Shown one piece after another: positions 27,513-32,000 of a stretch of 32,000 nucleotides of DNA; the first letter of the stretch is position 1, and every line of letters starts with the position of its first letter. This DNA comes from Cylindrospermopsis raciborskii Cr2010 (GTDB lineage Bacteria > Cyanobacteriota > Cyanobacteriia > Cyanobacteriales > Nostocaceae). The notes beneath the pieces were generated by a model. The model was not told the DNA's origin. It did no database searches and worked only from the letters and a program-made list of their open reading frames with translations. The DNA is taken from assembly GCF_003367075.2 (NCBI RefSeq), contig NZ_CP065936.1:960001-992000 (forward strand). Direction: 5' to 3'. The position numbers and the translations under genes were made by a program.

Positions 27513-28256
27513 GTGAAGATATTTGTATATCATACTCCAGAATTAACCCCCACAGGGGAAATACCAGAATGTGCGATCGCCGTCGATGTTCTACGCGCCA
27601 CTAGCACTATAGCTACAGTGTTGGCTGCTGGTGGCGAAGCGGTACAAGTTTTTTCTGACCTCAACGAACTAACAGAGGTTAGCGAACAATGGCCTGCGCA
27701 AAAGCGATTACGGGCTGGAGAACGAGGTGGTGGTAAGGTAGCTGGGTTTGAATTAGGTAATTCCCCTCTGGATTGCACACCAGAACTAGTGGAAGGGAGA
27801 CGTTTATTTATTAGTACCACCAATGGCACCCGTGCCCTAAAACGAATAGAAGATGCCCCAATTGTTTTAGCAGCAGCCCTAATCAATCGCTCTGCAGTAG
27901 TCAATTTTTTATTAGAGAAACAACCCCAAAGCGTCTGGATAGTTGGTTCGGGGTGGGAGGGGAGTTTCTCCCTGGAAGATACTGTTTGTGCAGGTGCGAT
28001 CGCCCATAGTATTTGGCAGAAAACCGGTTTAGAGTTGGATCAAATTGCCGGTAATGATGAAGTTACGAGTGCGATCGCTCTTTATGAACAATGGGAAGAT
28101 AATTTAATAGGATTATTTCATCAAGCCAGTCATGGTAAAAGATTATTACGTCTAGAATGTGCAGAGGACTTAAAATATTGTGCTCAGACGGACATTTTAA
28201 ACGTTTTACCCCTACAGAAACAGCCAGGTGTTTTAACAAGTCACAATGCTCACTGA
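27513..28256 (+). CDS. comB: 2-phosphosulfolactate phosphatase family protein (ComB-like)
   Basis: 247 aa with a GTG start. [21 protein letters not shown]...GERGG...GFELGNSP...STTNGTRAL is typical of the ComB family. Confidence 0.85.
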   Translation: MKIFVYHTPELTPTGEIPECAIAVDVLRATSTIATVLAAGGEAVQVFSDLNELTEVSEQWPAQKRLRAGERGGGKVAGFELGNSPLDCTPELVEGRRLFISTTNGTRALKRIEDAPIVLAAALINRSAVVNFLLEKQPQSVWIVGSGWEGSFSLEDTVCAGAIAHSIWQKTGLELDQIAGNDEVTSAIALYEQWEDNLIGLFHQASHGKRLLRLECAEDLKYCAQTDILNVLPLQKQPGVLTSHNAH

Positions 28257-30121
28257 GTTGTGGTGATTGGTACTCCTAGCCAACCTAGAAAGTTGTTTTT
28301 TTGACTGGTACTAGGATTTTCCACTGGACGTAATTGATATTTGTTGGGACGTGGTTTGCCCAAGGTCACCTTGTAGTTCCGCAATTCATCCTGGTGAAAA
28401 ACCGTTATTTCAATGGTGTCCTTGGGTTGATAGTCTTGTAACCGATGACCTAGTTGATTTATACCTACCTTAATCCCATCAATGGCTAACAGTTCATCAC
28501 CCACATCTAATCCTGCTGTACTAGCAGGGGAGTGAGCTTCCACAAACTTAATAGTTTCCTGTCCATTTTCCGGTTCCACCCTAATTCCCAGATAAGGTGC
28601 GGACTCGGATTGCTCGACTAATGCCAACCCAAAAGGTTCTAAATACTTGAGGAATGGTAAATGCTCTAGACCATCTATATATTGTTTAAAGAAGTCAGAT
28701 AAATCTATTTGGGCTACCTGTTCAATGACTTCTTTTAAATCTTGGGTAGTATAACCAGTTTTCTGTGTACCAAATTTCCGCCACATTTCCACCATCACAT
28801 CATTTAAAGAAACTGTATTTTGATGGCGATCGCGAATGAGCAAATCTAATAACAAGGCGACCATTTCCCCTTTTAAATAGTAAGAAATTTGAGAATTTCG
28901 ACTATTAGGAGAGGGACGATATAACTTAATCCAAGCATCAAAACTAGATTCACTCAGGGGTTGGACATAACGCCCTGGAGTTGTGAGGTATCGGGTAATT
29001 TGCTGACTCAAATGATGGAAATAAGACCTGGCGTCATAAATTCCTGCTTGAAAAGGAATTAGTAAATCATAGTAACTGGTAATTCCTTCGCAAAACCATA
29101 AAGAAGGTGTATAGTTCTCCTGGTCATAATCAAAACTCTGTAACTCCCGGGGACGAATTCTTTTCACATTCCACAGATGAAAGAATTCATGGGCTAACAA
29201 TTGCATGAATCTTTCATATTTTTCCTTAGACCTAAATCCTAGCCGATCATAAATTAAGGAACAGGAATTTTTATGCTCTAGACCTCCATAAAGATCATGG
29301 CTTAAGTGGAGGATAAATACATATCTTTCATAAGGTAACCCCCCGAATATTTGTGCCTCACGGGTGATAATTTTTTGTAAATCATCTAGTACCTGTTTGA
29401 TTTGATAATTTCCCTTCCCCCAAATTGCTAATTCATGAGGTTTATTCCCTACTTGGAAGTGATGTAAATGATGATTACCGATTTCAAAAGGACTATCAAT
29501 CAGAGCATCGAAATTATCTGCTAAAAATGTATTAGCCTCTTGGTTAACTAGTGGTAAGGCGGTAGTTACTTGCCATTGTGGATTAGGTGTGACCACAGTA
29601 ATGTAAATTGGCTTTTGTTCCCAACCAGGGATTCTAAAAAACATCCCTGCACCGTTAAAATAACCATGGGTAGCATCCAGGTGATTTGTACGTACTGACA
29701 GTTCGTGGGCAAAAATACGATAGCGTACAACGACCTGATTAGCTTTACCTTTTTCTACTTGCCAGTGATTTTTGCTAACCTTCTTCCACCTTAAAGGTTT
29801 AGAACCAGCAAATGCGGTAAAATCCTGTAGGTTTTTAGCATATTCTCGCACCAAGTATGACCCTGGTGTCCATACGGGCATTTTCAAATCAACGACTATT
29901 CCGGGGTAGTTGTCAATGTGCAGAGTCACCTCAAATAGGTGATTTTCTGGTTTAGGCATTGATACCCAATAGTGAGTTGATGTGTTAGTTTGTTGCAGTA
30001 GATCCCTAGATGATAATTTTTGTTCTGTCCCGTTCATGGCCTGATTATAGGAGTAGTTGCGGTAGTCGGAAGTCCCTGATGGGGTGAAAACTGTTATGGT
30101 ATCACAGTTATATCCGCTCAA
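28250..30121 (-). CDS. M61 family glycyl aminopeptidase with C-terminal PDZ domain
   Basis: 623 aa. It has the zinc motif [14 protein letters not shown] and a PDZ-like C-terminus ([22 protein letters not shown]). An alternative start MNGTEQ lies at 30037. It overlaps the comB stop by 7 nt (convergent genes). Confidence 0.88.
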   Translation of the reverse strand: MSGYNCDTITVFTPSGTSDYRNYSYNQAMNGTEQKLSSRDLLQQTNTSTHYWVSMPKPENHLFEVTLHIDNYPGIVVDLKMPVWTPGSYLVREYAKNLQDFTAFAGSKPLRWKKVSKNHWQVEKGKANQVVVRYRIFAHELSVRTNHLDATHGYFNGAGMFFRIPGWEQKPIYITVVTPNPQWQVTTALPLVNQEANTFLADNFDALIDSPFEIGNHHLHHFQVGNKPHELAIWGKGNYQIKQVLDDLQKIITREAQIFGGLPYERYVFILHLSHDLYGGLEHKNSCSLIYDRLGFRSKEKYERFMQLLAHEFFHLWNVKRIRPRELQSFDYDQENYTPSLWFCEGITSYYDLLIPFQAGIYDARSYFHHLSQQITRYLTTPGRYVQPLSESSFDAWIKLYRPSPNSRNSQISYYLKGEMVALLLDLLIRDRHQNTVSLNDVMVEMWRKFGTQKTGYTTQDLKEVIEQVAQIDLSDFFKQYIDGLEHLPFLKYLEPFGLALVEQSESAPYLGIRVEPENGQETIKFVEAHSPASTAGLDVGDELLAIDGIKVGINQLGHRLQDYQPKDTIEITVFHQDELRNYKVTLGKPRPNKYQLRPVENPSTSQKNNFLGWLGVPITTTQ

Positions 30122-30162
30122 CCACTTAAACTACCAGAAATTTGCAGAAAATTCATCAATTC

Positions 30163-31050
30163 TTAGCACTTCATGGCTTTTACCAGCAACTGGGGAATTT
30201 GCTGAGGATATTGGGCAACAGGTATTTGGGCATTACTAAAGGTGCTTAACTTAGTAGAAACACTGCCAAAATCAGGATCACGTTTGACCACAGTGGCAAA
30301 GTTGCCTGATTGGTGCCAGGATTTAGAAGGTGGTGCATGTCTACCAGCAATATAAGCAACAACTGGCTTATCAATAGCTGTGGATATGTATTTGGCAGCT
30401 ACCTCCTCACTTTCACCTCCCGGTTGACCAACTAAAACTATTGCTTCCGTATTTTCATCCTCATCTAGAATTTGTAACCATTGAGAAAAGGAAGAACCTA
30501 CAATTGCATCACTACCAATACTCACGCTAATAGACTGACCCAAACCAGCTTTAGTTAGTTCCCAAGCTACCTCGTAGGTAAGGGTACTGCTGCGACTGAC
30601 AATACCTACATTGCCAGGAGTATAAAATTCACTAGGCTGAGTACCCAGGAGAATCTTCCCTGGCACAATAATCCCCGGACTATTAGGCCCCACAATTAGG
30701 ATTTCGTGGTTTTCTGTTTTCCTCAGCAATGTCACCATATCCAGAGGTGGCACCCCCGGGGAGATAATAATGATCTGGGAAATGTTAGCAGCGATCGCCT
30801 CTAGTGCAGCATCTAACACTTGATAGGGATGTACACTAATAATTGTTGTATCAATTGTCCCGAAACTTGATACCACCTCTTCCACTAAATCAAAAACTGG
30901 CAAATTGTGTGCCATTATGCCACCATGACCGGGATCAACGCCAGCGACCAAATTAGTGCCATAGTATGATTTCATTTGGTCAATATGGGTTGTGGATATC
31001 AACTCCGAAAAACCTTGAATTAAAACTTTACTATCTGGCTTTAAGTTCAT
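30163..31050 (-). CDS. sucD: Succinate--CoA ligase alpha-subunit homolog (divergent)
   Basis: 295 aa, colinear with SucD (KVLIQGF..., GPNSPGII, VGIVSRSSTLTYE, PVVAYIAG). The glycine-rich motifs are altered (see findings). Confidence 0.75.
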   Translation of the reverse strand: MNLKPDSKVLIQGFSELISTTHIDQMKSYYGTNLVAGVDPGHGGIMAHNLPVFDLVEEVVSSFGTIDTTIISVHPYQVLDAALEAIAANISQIIIISPGVPPLDMVTLLRKTENHEILIVGPNSPGIIVPGKILLGTQPSEFYTPGNVGIVSRSSTLTYEVAWELTKAGLGQSISVSIGSDAIVGSSFSQWLQILDEDENTEAIVLVGQPGGESEEVAAKYISTAIDKPVVAYIAGRHAPPSKSWHQSGNFATVVKRDPDFGSVSTKLSTFSNAQIPVAQYPQQIPQLLVKAMKC

Positions 31051-31098
31051 AAACTCCTTATTAAACTTAGAAAATTTCTTTAAAGAAAGTTAGTACAG

Positions 31099-32000
31099 CT
31101 ATTTTCTATACACTTGTGATTTGGTTAAACTTACTGCTTCCTTAACAGCTACATCCAAATTTTCAACCAAGATGAAATTTTCGCTTTGAACTTGTAGGAT
31201 GGACAGTAATGACTTCCTGGCCACTTGAAAATCATTACCAGCTAGGCGCATGACTATTTTGGGTAAGCGCTGGGGGAGGGTTTTCTGAGGAGTATTTAAA
31301 AAGCATCTAAGTTCTTCCAATTGTAATGCCATAAAATCAGTCATCACTCTTGGTACTTCCGAGAGTTCAGGAATAGTACCCAGCAAATTAATGAGAATCA
31401 CCTGAATATTGCGATCAGCAGCCAAAACCCTTAGTCCAGTTTCCATGCGTTGACTAAATTTTGTCGGTTCTGTGTGGTTCAACCAAGAATGTCGTAAATT
31501 TAAGGAGACAGCAGGTTTACCTCCTGCAGCTACCACTGCATCCCAAGTGGTTAAAGCGGAACCAGTACCGTTGGCTAATATGCCAATTTCCCCTTGGTTA
31601 TTCCTACCCAGCATATCAACCAACATGCCATTTATTCTTTTGCTCCCGGGATCCCGTGCTATTTTACTTGCTATGTCAGCTATGTCTGGATGACGATTAA
31701 TAGCCCTTTCATTAACTCTAATTTTGCCATTAAGTGTCATTACTTGACAAGACGAACTTACGCCAAGAGGATTAATTTCCACTAAATCTAAGTCTTTGTG
31801 CAAAAACAAATGATACATTTTTGTCACAATGTCGCTGACGGACTGCATTAGTCCGCCCCTCAAACCCATGAGATATGCTAGTCTTCTGGCATAAAATGGG
31901 GAAAACTCTTGTTCCACAACCACGTATTGCATGTTCTCTCCGGGAGACTGCCAATCTATGTATCTACAGCCTAAAAGTACAGGACGACTAATAACTGTAT
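31099..32000 (-). CDS. sucC: Succinate--CoA ligase beta-subunit homolog (divergent); partial, the 5' end lies beyond the window
   Basis: The frame stays open upstream of the tracked Met at 31932, reading ...TVISRPVLLGCRYIDWQSPGENMQYVV. The C-terminal ligase-CoA domain pattern is IGILANGTGSALTTWDAV...AGGKPA...VILINLLGTI...VMRLAGN. It is followed 48 nt later by the sucD-like gene. Confidence 0.7.
   Translation of the reverse strand, partial: TVISRPVLLGCRYIDWQSPGENMQYVVVEQEFSPFYARRLAYLMGLRGGLMQSVSDIVTKMYHLFLHKDLDLVEINPLGVSSSCQVMTLNGKIRVNERAINRHPDIADIASKIARDPGSKRINGMLVDMLGRNNQGEIGILANGTGSALTTWDAVVAAGGKPAVSLNLRHSWLNHTEPTKFSQRMETGLRVLAADRNIQVILINLLGTIPELSEVPRVMTDFMALQLEELRCFLNTPQKTLPQRLPKIVMRLAGNDFQVARKSLLSILQVQSENFILVENLDVAVKEAVSLTKSQVYRK

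Overview
This looks like a chromosomal segment from a filamentous, A+T-rich cyanobacterium, probably Nostocales. The evidence is about 18 copies of the HIP1 palindrome GCGATCGC found by eye, together with ndhB, a cpcT lyase gene, a plastoquinone-type UbiA prenyltransferase, dapL and a cyanobacterial-type LexA box. Most of the window is tightly packed housekeeping genes: an SSADH-type aldehyde dehydrogenase, a LysM/M23 peptidase, ndhB, topA, aroQ, proB, a yqeG-type HAD phosphatase, a DUF3727-like protein, ruvX, a GNAT, UbiA, ppx, argF, lexA, an SF2 helicase, dapL, an acyltransferase, a carotenoid oxygenase, cpcT, comB, an M61 peptidase and sucD/sucC-like genes. Two small patches look accessory. 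(1) At 15.7-16.8 kb, a 5'-truncated, A+T-rich PD-(D/E)xK nuclease gene lies between ppx and tRNA-Thr(UGU). It is followed by an inverted partial copy of the tRNA and an array of about 20-bp iterons. (2) At 24.0-26.9 kb, a possible IS remnant is followed by a 514-aa P-loop NTPase fused to a PD-(D/E)xK nuclease. Next to that gene is a second, broken, mosaic copy, identical at its 5' end, divergent at its 3' end, with a 316-bp internal deletion. I found no clear multi-gene novel system. The best candidates for follow-up are these two nuclease loci, the lexA-helicase pair, the carotenoid oxygenase-acyltransferase pair and the degenerate SucCD-like pair. All homology statements come from motif recognition by eye and memory, not from database searches.
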